Shown here: positions 37,830-46,207 of the stretch, piece by piece
Layout: every line of letters begins with the position of its first letter
Position numbering within the stretch: position 1 is the stretch's first letter
Assembly (NCBI GenBank): GCA_963721485.1
Contig: CAVRJV010000014.1
Span: forward strand, 1,228,579-1,292,578
Origin: an uncultured delta proteobacterium
GTDB taxonomy: Bacteria > Desulfobacterota > Binatia > Binatales > Binataceae
DNA: 64,000 nucleotides
Reading direction: 5' to 3'
Position numbers and translations under genes: made by a program
Notes under the pieces: generated by a model
Told to the model about the DNA's origin: nothing
Database searches by the model: none
Seen by the model: the letters and a program-made list of their open reading frames with translations, nothing else

Positions 37830-40800
37830 GGCGCTTACGGTCGAAGTCGCGCTTGCGGTCGGGGTCGCGGTTTCGGTCGTGGTCGGGGTAGCCGTGACGG
37901 TTGCGGTCGCAGTTGTTGTTGCGGTGGCAGTCGCCGTCTGCGTCGCGGTAGCGGTATTCGTTGCGGTGGCAGTCGCCGTCGAGGTTGCCGTAGCTGTCGA
38001 GGTTGTGGTCGCTGTCGATGTGGCAGTCGGCGTGGCCGTGACTGTCGCGGTCGCCGTCGGAGTCGCCGTCAGCGTTGCAGTTGCGGTGGCCGTCGACGTG
38101 GCAGTGGCCGTCGCGGTCGAAGTGGCGGTTGCCGTCGATGTCGCGGTCGCAGTCGCGGTTTTTGTTGCCGTAGCCGTCGAGGTTGCGGTCGCCGTCGCGG
38201 TTGCGGTCGGCGTGGGCGTGACTGTCGCCGTCGCCGTCGGAGTCGCCGTCAGCGTTGCGGTGGCCGTGGCCGTCGACGTGGCTGTAGGTGTCGCGGTCGA
38301 AGTGGCGGTTGCGGTTGCGGTCGGTGTTGCGGTTGCAGTCGCGGTTTTCGTTGCCGTGGCTGTTGACGTAGCAGTCGAGGTTGCGGTCGGCGTGGCCGTG
38401 ACTGTTGCCGTCGCAGTCGAGGTCGCCGTCAGCGTTGCAGTTGCGGTGGCTGTGGCCGTCGACGTGGCTGTGGCTGTTGCAGTCGAAGTGGCGGTTGCGG
38501 TCGCCGTTGCAGTGGCGGTTTTCGTTGCGGTGGCGGTTTTCGTGGCGGTGGCTGTGGCCGTTTTCGTGGCGGTTGCAGTCGCCGTTGCGGTAGCCGTTGC
38601 AGTCGCGGTAGCCGTTGCAGTCGCGGTTGCGGTGGCAGTCGCCGTCGGCGTCGGCGAAATCGCCGGCTTGTCGTATTCGAGCACGCGATTGTTCTGCGTA
38701 TCAGCGACGTAGAGATTACCGGCGTTGTCTACCGCGACGCCGGCTGGATCGCAGAGGCTGTCCGAGTTGCCGGTCAACCCGTCGAAGTCGCACCCGTTGG
38801 AATCGAAACTGCCGCCCTGCCCGAAGACCAGATTCGCGGCGGCCTCGGTCGAAAGCGGCGGCTCGTATTCGAGCACGCGGCTGTCGCCGTCATCGGCCAC
38901 GTAAACATTGCCGTTCGAGTCCACCGACACCGCGTTAGGAAAGCAAAGGCTGGTCGTCCCCAGCCCAACGCTGTCGCATCCATTTGAAACAAAGTTGGAC
39001 TGCCCCAGCACGAGGTTGGCCGTGGCGCTGGTAAGCGGGCTGTTATATTCGAGCACACGGCTGTTTTGTGTGTCGGCGACGTAGAGATGGCCGCTGCCGT
39101 CCACGGCAACCCCGGCGGCTTCGCACAGGTCGATAGAAGTGGGATTGCCTCCGCCGGTGTCGTAATTGCACAGACCGGCAGTGAAGCTGCTTTGCCCGAA
39201 CACCCGATCGGCAATCGTGTCGGTCGTGAGCGGGGTGTTGTATTCGAGCACACGGTTGTTGCCTTGATCAGCGACATAGAGATTGCCGCTGCCATCCAGC
39301 GCCACCCCCTGGGGCGTGCTTAAGCCGCTCGCACCCAGCCCGCTATTGTTGGAGGTAAAGCTGCCACCCTGCCCGAACACCACGCTGGCGCCTCCCCCGA
39401 CGCAAGGAAATGAGGAGCATCCGGAAAAGGGAGTGTGAAATTCGAGCACGCGGTTGTTGCCCTCGTCCGCTACGTACAGGTTGCCGAGAGTGTCCACCGC
39501 AATCCCGAACGGAGTGCACAGGCTGCTCGCGCTTGGGTTCAGATTGCCGAGGTTGCAAGCTCCCGACAAAAAGCCCGGCTGGCCAATCACCAGGTCAGCA
39601 GCTCCGCCGTTGACGAAGGTCGTTACGTTCTTGTACCCCAGCACGCGGTTGTTGCTGCCGTCGGACACATACAGCCGGTTTGGCACCGTGCTCGTGTCAA
39701 TCGCCACCGACTGAGGACTGTCCATGCCGCGCCCGTCGATCAAGTTCGGCCCGTTGTGCGAAAAATCCTGCTGACCCAGTACGAGGTCGGCGGTCGTATT
39801 AGTGAGCGGGGTATTGTATTCGAGCGCGCGGTTGTTGGCCGAATCGGCGACATAGAGGTTGCCCGACGCATCCGCCGCGACACCGGCATTCGAATTAAGA
39901 CACAAGTCGTTGGCGCTGGCGGTCGTCAAAATACCGGTGTCGTAGTTGCATGTCGTCGAGGTGAAGCTCCCACCCTGGCCAAAGACATGGTTGGCGGTGC
40001 TGCTGGTCAGCGGGCTGCTGTACTCGAGCACCCGGTTGTCGGAGTCCGCGATATAGAGGTCTCCGCTGCCGTCCAACGCAACCGCAAGGGGCGCGTTAAG
40101 GCTGTTCGCGCTCGTTCCGCCATTGTCAGCGGTAGTCGTAGTGAAGCTCCCGTTCTGTCCGAAAACGTGATTCGCCGTAGTATTGGTCAGCGGAGTGTTG
40201 TACTCGAGCACTCGATTGTTGCCGCCATCGGCGACGTAGAGGTCGCCGTCAGGCGCCACTGCGACCGCGGTTGGATCGCACAGGTCGATGTCGCTGGCGA
40301 GAGACGTGCTACCGGTGTCGGAATTGCAGTCGTTCGAGGTGAAGCTGCCGTCCTGTCCGAAGACGTTGTTAGCGGTTGTGTTGCTGAGCGGGTTGGTAAA
40401 CTCGAGCACGCGGCTGTCGCTTTCATCCGCGACGTAAAGATCGCCGCTGGAATCCACCGCGACTCCGACCGGAAAGCACAGGCTGCTCGCACTCAGGCCA
40501 CTACTGTCGCAGCCGTTCGCGTTGAAGTTGTCGCCCTGCCCGAACACCAGATGAGCGGACGAGCCAACGCAGGGGAAAGAACCGCAGCCGGCGAACGGGG
40601 CGTTGTATTCGAGCACGCGGCTGTTGCCGGTATCCGCCACGTATAGGTTGCCGGCGGAATCCACGGTGACGCCGACCGGATCGCACAGACTGTTCGCGCT
40701 GGGACTGACACAACCGAAGTCGAGCTCGGAGATGCCCGAGTTCAGGTCGGGCTGGCCGATCACCAGGTCGGCCGCACCGCCGCTGACGAAGGTCGCGACG

Positions 40801-41186
40801 TCCTTGTAGCCCAATATTCGGCTGTTGCCGCCGTCGGAGACGTACAACCGATTCGGCGTCACGCTCGAGTCAATCGCGATGGCCCGAGGGCTCCACATGC
40901 CGGTGGCGTCTGTGAGATTTAGGGCGTTGTGGACGAAGTCGAGCTGCCCCAGTACGCGGTCGGCGACTGTATCGCCCTGCATCGCCATCGAGGGAACCAC
41001 CAGGGCAGCGCCGATGATTAGCGTGCTAATCAGCAGTGCTGGCCTGATGAATCCTCTGCGAGCGCCCGCGATCCAGGCAGCCGCCGCAACCCAACTTCGG
41101 GTCAGAAACCTTGCCGGATTTATCATGCTTCCACTCTCCATTCTCCTACAAGCTGTACCATGTCGCGACATTTTGTAACACGCCAA
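36537..41186 (-). CDS. secreted NHL-repeat double beta-propeller protein with ~330-aa Thr/Ala linker and ~5 Ig-like domains
   Basis: 1549 aa. Probable start is MINPARF at 41126, with a possible twin-arginine motif ARRGFIRPALLISTLIIGAALVVPSMA. About 13 NHL-type repeats (GNLYVAD..NNRVLEY) lie in two halves paralogous to 12633..15533. There is a very long (TA)n-type linker. The C-terminal 431 aa are paralogous to the end of 27986..31024. Confidence 0.85.
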   Translation of the reverse strand: MACYKMSRHGTACRRMESGSMINPARFLTRSWVAAAAWIAGARRGFIRPALLISTLIIGAALVVPSMAMQGDTVADRVLGQLDFVHNALNLTDATGMWSPRAIAIDSSVTPNRLYVSDGGNSRILGYKDVATFVSGGAADLVIGQPDLNSGISELDFGCVSPSANSLCDPVGVTVDSAGNLYVADTGNSRVLEYNAPFAGCGSFPCVGSSAHLVFGQGDNFNANGCDSSGLSASSLCFPVGVAVDSSGDLYVADESDSRVLEFTNPLSNTTANNVFGQDGSFTSNDCNSDTGSTSLASDIDLCDPTAVAVAPDGDLYVADGGNNRVLEYNTPLTNTTANHVFGQNGSFTTTTADNGGTSANSLNAPLAVALDGSGDLYIADSDNRVLEYSSPLTSSTANHVFGQGGSFTSTTCNYDTGILTTASANDLCLNSNAGVAADASGNLYVADSANNRALEYNTPLTNTTADLVLGQQDFSHNGPNLIDGRGMDSPQSVAIDTSTVPNRLYVSDGSNNRVLGYKNVTTFVNGGAADLVIGQPGFLSGACNLGNLNPSASSLCTPFGIAVDTLGNLYVADEGNNRVLEFHTPFSGCSSFPCVGGGASVVFGQGGSFTSNNSGLGASGLSTPQGVALDGSGNLYVADQGNNRVLEYNTPLTTDTIADRVFGQSSFTAGLCNYDTGGGNPTSIDLCEAAGVAVDGSGHLYVADTQNSRVLEYNSPLTSATANLVLGQSNFVSNGCDSVGLGTTSLCFPNAVSVDSNGNVYVADDGDSRVLEYEPPLSTEAAANLVFGQGGSFDSNGCDFDGLTGNSDSLCDPAGVAVDNAGNLYVADTQNNRVLEYDKPAISPTPTATATATATATATATATATATATATATKTATATATKTATATKTATATATATATSTATATATSTATATATATLTATSTATATVTATPTATSTATSTATATKTATATATPTATATATSTATPTATSTATATATLTATPTATATVTPTPTATATATATSTATATKTATATATSTATATSTATATATSTATATATLTATPTATATVTATPTATSTATTTSTATATSTATATATNTATATQTATATATTTATATVTATPTTTETATPTASATSTVSATPTATPTTSMAVTASLAFANVAVGQTPTKNITVYNVGATHPLLISSAVLSDPEYTLSGTGTCGPIPITIAHGTNCTLGVTFAPTSIGAHDATLALTDNATTSPQSVTLTGAGIAGLVLTSSHLTYGSVRFGLTGIAALAVINYQTQPVSLSEAFSGANPADFSVTGGTCTSTLAADSACSLIVTFKPGALGTESATMSITDTPDPLGPYTVALSTGPTIPDTEPYTTMAFGDLWQSSTRTFTYLTVTNSSPFPLTLSEGITGPNAADFAVTSVTSCAANTACAIPVSFTPSTETAESATLTINVSNDPTSPHVVTLTGTGTTPIILSPASTLAFGTVATKSKALTITVVNLGAATLTLPTPVIGGTNAADFSLTTAPAKPCGATLAGGGYCLVGVTFKPSLATAESASVAISVSPDAASPHNVSLTGTGE
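38028..38580 (-). repeat. three ~180-bp higher-order tandem repeats inside the Thr/Ala linker coding region
   Basis: Units start at 38041, 38221 and 38401 (actgtcgc(g/c)gtcgccgtcggagtcgccgtcagcgttgc...), ~90% identical, unit 3 with a 6-nt indel. They are embedded in hexanucleotide ACNGCN-type low complexity spanning ~37830-38660. Confidence 0.75.
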
Positions 41187-41430
41187 GTCAAGCCAAGCAA
41201 TTATGCATTTGGGTCATTCGAGCGGATGTACTGTCAGGCGGTTAAATTGCGCGACTAGGGAGTTACGCCGCGAAAACGTACGCAGCGCGGCGAAATTCAG
41301 TCGTTTGGCCGCCCGAGAACGCCCGGTATTGGCGGAAATCGATAGAAACACTCGATTTTTGGACTTTTTTACGCCGACCAAGAAACCGAGTAGCCTGTGG
41401 CTCCTCAGAACCTCATCCGCGAAAGATCCG

Positions 41431-41543
41431 GCGCATGGAGCAGTTGCCTCTCCGCGAAAGACTTCGCCCGATCCAGCAAAGAGTGCTGGCCAGGCCGTCC
41501 ACCGGACTCAAGGCGGACAAGGTTTTCTTCGACGAGCTAAGCG
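41431..41543 (+). pseudogene. vapB: vapB fragment (codons ~39-77), hybrid of the other two copies
   Basis: Reads RMEQLPLRERLRPIQQRVLARPSTGLKADKVFFDELS. The central 50 nt are identical to copy 1 (24.3 kb), while both ends match copy 3 (42.2 kb). It has no start codon. Confidence 0.6.
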
Positions 41544-41768
41544 AATGCGTCAAGGGGTTGCGACGAACCGTTACGCTCAGGCGGTAGTCACTGGCGAGCG
41601 GGCGCGCGCGATCGATATGTTCGAGACGCGATCGGCGCTAACGACGTTGGCCAGCAGCGTGATGAGATAGCATGAATCGACATAGCAGCGCGTGGCCCGT
41701 TTGTGCGACGAAAGCACTCTGAATGGCCCCCGCTCGGCTCACCAAACGAAGAAGTTTCTGGTGCGAAT

Positions 41769-41915
41769 ATGATCCACCCTCACCATGTCCATCTATTCTC
41801 GCGAGATCTAAATGCGGCGATCGACTGGTACGGACGTGCCTTGGGCGCGGAAGTATATTTTGACTTTGGCGGTGCCCGCAAACGTCTTCATGATACAACG
41901 GAACCTTCGTTGTAA
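41769..41915 (+). pseudogene. glyoxalase/VOC-family N-terminal fragment
   Basis: MIHPHHVHLFSRDLNAAIDWYGRALGAEVYFDFGGAR is a typical VOC first beta-alpha-beta unit. The ORF stops after 48 codons. Confidence 0.35.
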
Positions 41916-42110
41916 CCGCGATTCCCAGCGGCAAAAGTTCCATTAGGCGGACCGTCGCAGGCACTGTATCGAGGGAAGCGAGCAGCTCCGAGGCGACCCG
42001 TCGCCGCGGCACCTAATCACCACTGGCAAGCGCGCGACGTTGTGCAGTAGCACGCTTGCTGTCTCCTCGTATAGACGCTACCATCTTTACGTCTACGCAG
42101 AGGTCCAACA

Positions 42111-42350
42111 GTGCCACTTAACATCCGCAATGAAGCGGTCAGTCAGCTCGCTGAGAAGCTGGCCGTGCGCAAGCACCTGAATAAGACCGAGGCCGTGAAG
42201 CTGGCCTTGGAGAATGAACTGCGGCGCATGGAGCAGGCGTTGCCTCTCCGCGAAAGAGTTCGCCCAATCCAGCAAAGAGTGCTGGCCAGGCCAGCCACCG
42301 GGCTCGAGGCGGACAAGGCATTCTTCGACGAGCTAAGCGGGAACACCTGA
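42111..42350 (+). CDS. vapB: VapB-type antitoxin (Rv0623/PSK-like)
   Basis: 79 aa: MPLNIRNEAVSQLAEKLAVRKHLNKTEAVKLALENELRRMEQ...ADKAFFDELSGNT. Its stop overlaps the ATG of the PIN gene (cacctgATGttc). Confidence 0.75.
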   Translation: MPLNIRNEAVSQLAEKLAVRKHLNKTEAVKLALENELRRMEQALPLRERVRPIQQRVLARPATGLEADKAFFDELSGNT

Positions 42351-42761
42351 TGTTCGTCGATGCCTCTGCCATCGTGGCTATTCTCACCCGTGAGCAGGAC
42401 GCCGACGCAATGGCCGATCTGTTGGACGGGGCACGTGCACCCATTACGTCACCGATCGCTCTCTTCGAGGCGGTGCTGGGTATCTGCCGCAAGCGGCACG
42501 CCAGCGTCGAGGAGGCCGAAGAGGATGTTCGCGAATTTCTCCAAGCAGCTCGGGTCGAACTCGTTCCGATCACAGCTAAGGAAGCAGGGACGGCGCTCTC
42601 CGCGTTCTCGCGCTAATGGCAAAGGACGCGGTCATCCCGCGCAGCTCAATCTAGGCGATTGTTTTGCGTACGCCGTGGCCAAGAATCACGGCAGGGCGCT
42701 CTTGTTCAAAGGCGACGATTTCGAAAGGACCGATATCCGGTCCGCGAATCACTCCCGTTGA
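42350..42761 (+). pseudogene. vapC: VapC PIN-domain toxin, single-base insertion
   Basis: MFVDASAIVAILTREQDA... runs to AFSR, then TAA. Removing one A at 42615/42616 (cgctaatggc to cgctatggc) restores RYGKGRGHPAQLNLGDCFAYAVAKNHGRALLFKGDDFERTDI, the canonical VapC C-terminus (ORF 42360..42761). Confidence 0.7.
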
Positions 42762-42879
42762 GTCGGGATATCTCGGACCCCGAGGCGATGAAGCCCCGCT
42801 TTGGACCAGCCTCGATTCACCGTGCGGCAAGTTCCGTGGCACGTCAAAATGAAAAGAACTGGGCAGGCTGAACTCTGGT

Positions 42880-43204
42880 TGAGCGCCCGAACCAATTAAA
42901 GCTATTCCCTGTACGCCGCATTCTCATCCTTTCTTTGAGCTACTGATTCGGACGGTGCGGCGCGAGTACCTCGATCGGACTTTGTTTTGGAACCAAAGCG
43001 ATCTGGAGAGGAAGCTCGAGACTTACAAGGCCTATTACAACCAACACCGGTGTCACACGGGGTTGGCCGGAGCCACGCCGGCTCAACGCAACAGCGCAGA
43101 TCCTCCTCCAATCGCAAACCTTCAGTCATATCGCTGGCGGCAACACTGCGACGCCCTATTTCAGCTCCCAATTGCCGCACGAATTGGAATTCGCCACAGA
43201 CAGG
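42880..43204 (+). mobile_element. 3' fragment of the rve-type IS (third, truncated copy) with right terminal repeat
   Basis: ORF 42955..43218 reads REYLDRTLFWNQSDLERKLETYKAYYNQHRCHTGLAGATPAQR, matching the transposase C-termini at 59141..60217 and 62483..63574. It ends with gaattggaattcgccacagacagg (43181-43204). The left boundary is approximate. Confidence 0.7.
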
Positions 43205-43326
43205 CCGGACCTCGCTAGATGCAAAAGACCTCACGATGCGAGTTCATTGGCAGCCATCCGATAACTTTGCGGAGCACAACTGCCCTCACAGAAAACAATT
43301 TAAGTGTAGAAATCCCTTTCGCATGG

Positions 43327-44571
43327 TCATTCGGCAGCACCGATGCTGCACGTTCCGATTGTGCGGGCGGTGCCGCATTCGTCGGTCGGCAGACAGCTCG
43401 TGCTCTTACCGCCGGGTTTGTCGGTCGGCTTCGCCGGATTTCCGCTGGAGATTAGCGGGCTGCCTGCGAGCGGCGTTTGAACTTCGAGCGCGCTCGACGC
43501 GCAGGCAGTGAGCGCACTCAAGGAAGGGTCGGTTCCTGGAGCGATGTCAGAGCCGACGAGTTTAATGTTGCAGGCCGAGGTGTCCTTGATCAGATTGAAC
43601 CCCTTTGACTTGAGACCCTTGCCCGGTGCATAGCAGTCAGGCCCTGAAGGGCTGCTGCCAGCGACGGTGTTGTTGGCAATCACGGTGTTCGAGATCGTTA
43701 CCTTGCCCGGGTAATCAACATAGATTCCGCCTCCGACAGTCGGCGATTGGCCTTCGCCGGAGCCGCCGATGCAATGGTTGTCGGTGATCGTATCATTGTT
43801 GAGCACCAAGGTGCTCGTCGAAAGATGGATCCCGCATCCGGTCGCATTCCCGGTGTCGCCGGTGGTGGAATTGCCGCTGATAGTGGTGTTGGTGATGAAT
43901 GCGTCCGACTTCGCATTGAGGAGCAGCAGACCCATGTTGGTATTATTCGTGATGCTGGATGAATCGATGATGAGCGTCTTTCCGGCGAAGACAATCGCGC
44001 CTTCCGGGGCGAAGTTAGAGGGGTGTGTACCGCCCGTTATTTCACAATTCTCGATCGTCAAGGTTCCGACGCCTTTGCTGCTTTTCGGAGAAGCATACTG
44101 CATGAATTCCACGTTGCTGCCTTGAATGCCGTCGCCGTTCTGGATGGTCATCGTGTGCAGCTCGCCATTCGAATTGTTTTGAAACGTAAAGGTGGGAGTG
44201 CCGGAAACGTTGGTGCCATCCACGATAGTCATTCCTGCGCCGCCGCCGACGAAGCTGACGGTGATGTTGGAGACGGTGACCTCTTCATCGTAAGGACTGA
44301 CACTGGCGGCGATCGTGATAACGGCGTTGCCGCCGGCCGGCACCATGTCCACTGCACCCTGGATCGTGGTTTGACATCCGCCCGAGCCGGCGTGATTGAC
44401 GCATAGCTCCAGCGGTGGGGTCGGCTTCTTGGCGGACGCGGTCCCGATTGCGAAAAACATCAGGCTGGCGAGCATAGAAGCGAAGGTTAGACTCCAGGAT
44501 TGGTTGTGCTTCCATCGGTTGGTGCGTCTCATTGAACCTCCATTTCCGGAATTTCCATTTTGACTTTGCAA
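43327..44571 (-). CDS. secreted right-handed beta-helix protein (choice-of-anchor Q-like)
   Basis: Probable start is ATG 44532, preceded by GGAGG (MRRTNRWKHNQSWSLTFASMLASLMFFAIGTASA). Repeated I.N.TI.GN/ITNNT beta-helix rungs. The C-terminal CLPTDECGTARTIGTCSIGAAE resembles the DQRG...CDIGA.E end of choice-of-anchor Q proteins. Confidence 0.65.
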   Translation of the reverse strand: MQSQNGNSGNGGSMRRTNRWKHNQSWSLTFASMLASLMFFAIGTASAKKPTPPLELCVNHAGSGGCQTTIQGAVDMVPAGGNAVITIAASVSPYDEEVTVSNITVSFVGGGAGMTIVDGTNVSGTPTFTFQNNSNGELHTMTIQNGDGIQGSNVEFMQYASPKSSKGVGTLTIENCEITGGTHPSNFAPEGAIVFAGKTLIIDSSSITNNTNMGLLLLNAKSDAFITNTTISGNSTTGDTGNATGCGIHLSTSTLVLNNDTITDNHCIGGSGEGQSPTVGGGIYVDYPGKVTISNTVIANNTVAGSSPSGPDCYAPGKGLKSKGFNLIKDTSACNIKLVGSDIAPGTDPSLSALTACASSALEVQTPLAGSPLISSGNPAKPTDKPGGKSTSCLPTDECGTARTIGTCSIGAAE

Positions 44572-44616
44572 CCGCGAGAGTTTTAGCCGGATAGCCGCTC
44601 CAGCGTCAACTAAGCG

Positions 44617-44671
44617 CCTGTGTGTGGCGAATTGCTGATTCTGGGGAAATCAGCAATTCGCCACAGACAGG
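44617..44671. repeat. 55-bp palindromic IS-end element A (IR + inverted IR, no internal sequence)
   Basis: cctgtgtgtggcgaattgctgatt-ctgggga-aatcagcaattcgccacagacagg has 24-nt arms with 1 mismatch. The left arm equals the left terminal repeat of the IS at 59052. It lies between divergent genes 43327..44571 and 44735..45781. Confidence 0.85.
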
Positions 44672-44734
44672 TGCGAAAAAGGCTTACTTGGAAAGGATGT
44701 TATTGCCTTATCCCAAGGATCTGCTCTATAAGAG

Positions 44735-45781
44735 TTGATTGGGAGGCCTAAATTCCAATTGAACCCCATATCTGAAGCAAAGTCACAGCCAGCAAACAAA
44801 TTTTATTCATACCGTATCTTGGCTGCGCTCCTTTTCTGTGTGGCTTCTGCATTCGTCGCCCTTCCGGCGGCGGCCGCCTCATCGGCTCTCTGGGTTGCCG
44901 ACGGAGCCGATCAGATTGACGAATACCTCCCTAGTCAGCTCCACAGCAGCCATACGGCGAAACCGGTCACCATCCCTCTCGGCACCAAACCTTATGGAGT
45001 ATGCTTCGACCCGTCGCACAACTTGTGGGTCACCACCATCGATCAGCAGCTCCTGGAATTTAGCTCCAAGTCCCTCAAGAAACTCCCGCACGTGCCGAGC
45101 CCGGTCGCAACCATCAGTAGCTCTTCGTTTAAGGAGGTCAATGGCTGTACGTTCGATCAGCAGGGAGATCTCTGGCTCGCGGACGCTGCCAACGACAGCC
45201 TAGATGAAGTCTCGGCGACTCAATTGAAAGCTGGCACCGCGAGTATCACTCCTCCCGTCATCATCACGGACTCGGTCGACAAATCGACGCTGGAAGTGTC
45301 CTTCGTTACCTTCGACAAACAGGGCAATCTGTGGACAGACGCGCGCGGATCCACCCAGCTCGCGATGTACTCCGCTGCGCAACTCTCTTCAGGCGGCGAC
45401 AAACCGGCGTCTGTTATCCTCGGCGGCGGCGGCAGTCTGGTCGCCGACTCGGGGCAAATTGGATTCGACCCCAACGGCAATCTCTGGGTCAGCGAGTATG
45501 ACGACAATGCCGTAACCATGTTTCCGAAGAGCAGCCTCGGCGCCTCGAATAACGATTCGCCCTCGGTAGTTCTTATCAATCCGGACTATTTTGAGGGACA
45601 GTGGGGCCTTGCGTTCCACGGCGCCAACTTGTGGGCGCTGAACACCTTCGATGGCGAAGCGCAGGAGTTCAAGCCGAACCAGCTTGCGAGCGGCGGAGAC
45701 CAAGCGCCGAAGGTCATCCTGACCGGCGCCGGCGCCGAGGACTCGTGGCAGATCACCTTCGGCCCCGCCTTCGGGCACTAG
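44735..45781 (+). CDS. secreted beta-propeller repeat protein (NHL/Vgb-lyase-like blades)
   Basis: 348-aa ORF with a hydrophobic N-terminus (ILAALLFCVASAFVALPAAAA). Five to six repeats of the type FD..GNLWV.. (FDPSHNLWVTT, FDQQGDLWLAD, FDKQGNLWTD, FDPNGNLWVSE, GANLWALN). The start codon is uncertain. Confidence 0.6.
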   Translation: MIGRPKFQLNPISEAKSQPANKFYSYRILAALLFCVASAFVALPAAAASSALWVADGADQIDEYLPSQLHSSHTAKPVTIPLGTKPYGVCFDPSHNLWVTTIDQQLLEFSSKSLKKLPHVPSPVATISSSSFKEVNGCTFDQQGDLWLADAANDSLDEVSATQLKAGTASITPPVIITDSVDKSTLEVSFVTFDKQGNLWTDARGSTQLAMYSAAQLSSGGDKPASVILGGGGSLVADSGQIGFDPNGNLWVSEYDDNAVTMFPKSSLGASNNDSPSVVLINPDYFEGQWGLAFHGANLWALNTFDGEAQEFKPNQLASGGDQAPKVILTGAGAEDSWQITFGPAFGH

Positions 45782-45872
45782 ACCAGCTCGTCCACGCAGC
45801 GATCCTGACGTAGGTTTCTCAAAACAAACGCTGCTTACCGCGCAGGGAGATCTCAATCCTGCCATCGGATAG

Positions 45873-45928
45873 CTGTGTGTGTCGAATTGCTGATTTCTGT
45901 GGAAAATCAGTAATTCGCCACACACAGG
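45873..45928. repeat. 56-bp palindromic IS-end element B
   Basis: ctgtgtgtgtcgaattgctgattt-ctgtgg-aaaatcagtaattcgccacacacagg. The arms match at 22 of 24 positions. It directly abuts a truncated TPR gene fragment. Confidence 0.85.
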
Positions 45929-46207
45929 TGGCTCGGCTACGCTTATGCCGTGTCCGGCGATCGCGCCAAGGCGATGGCGACAATCAAAAGGCTCGAAGAG
46001 GAATCGTCGCGGCGTTACGTTTCTCCATTCAGTACCGCAATTTACCTGGCCCTCGGCGACAAAGACCGGGCGCTGGAGGGATTGGAGAAGACCTACGAAG
46101 TTCATTCGCAGTGGGTATTCCTGCTCAAGGTCGATACGACGTTCGATCCGCTGCGAAAAGAGCCGCGCTTTGTTGCGCTGCTGAAAAAGGTCGGCCTCGA
46201 CAAATGA
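45929..46207 (+). pseudogene. C-terminal fragment of a TPR protein, 5'-truncated at IS-end element B
   Basis: The reading frame is open from the first base after element B: WLGYAYAVSGDRAKAMATIKRLEEESSRRYVSPFSTAIYLALGDKDRALEGLEKTYEVHSQWVFLLKVDTTFDPLRKEPRFVALLKKVGLDK. This is a typical C-terminal TPR tail with no N-terminal part. Confidence 0.65.

Noticed and set aside
33290-38660. Regular short-period repeats that might suggest a CRISPR array.
   Set aside because: The repeats are contiguous, coding, 6-18-bp or ~180-bp units with no unique spacers of CRISPR size. No cas genes are in the window.
37744-38712. 322-aa + strand ORF of pure V/A/G repeats (VAVAVGVAV...), and similar ORFs at 33189..33482, 34029..34223, 34968..35162, 15050..15391, 27238..27729, 60430..60888 and 48515..49165.
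   Set aside because: They are antisense mirror frames of the ACNGCN-type Thr/Ala linker coding repeats in well-supported genes on the other strand. Low complexity, no start context, no independent signal.
39435-40646. Long shadow ORFs opposite or inside real genes: 39435..40646 (403 aa), 13572..14582 (336 aa), 31978..32973 (331 aa), 51438..52343 (301 aa), 26729..27631 (300 aa), 16138..16923 (261 aa), 6035..6679, 23816..24454.
   Set aside because: Typical GC-rich antisense or off-frame open frames. They are Arg/Ala/Gly-heavy, lack motifs, and each fully overlaps a gene with clear family signatures.
45389-46105. 238-aa minus-strand ORF spanning the end of 44735..45781, IS-end element B and the TPR fragment.
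   Set aside because: It crosses a mobile-element palindrome and two unrelated coding fragments. The sequence is low-information, so it is spurious.
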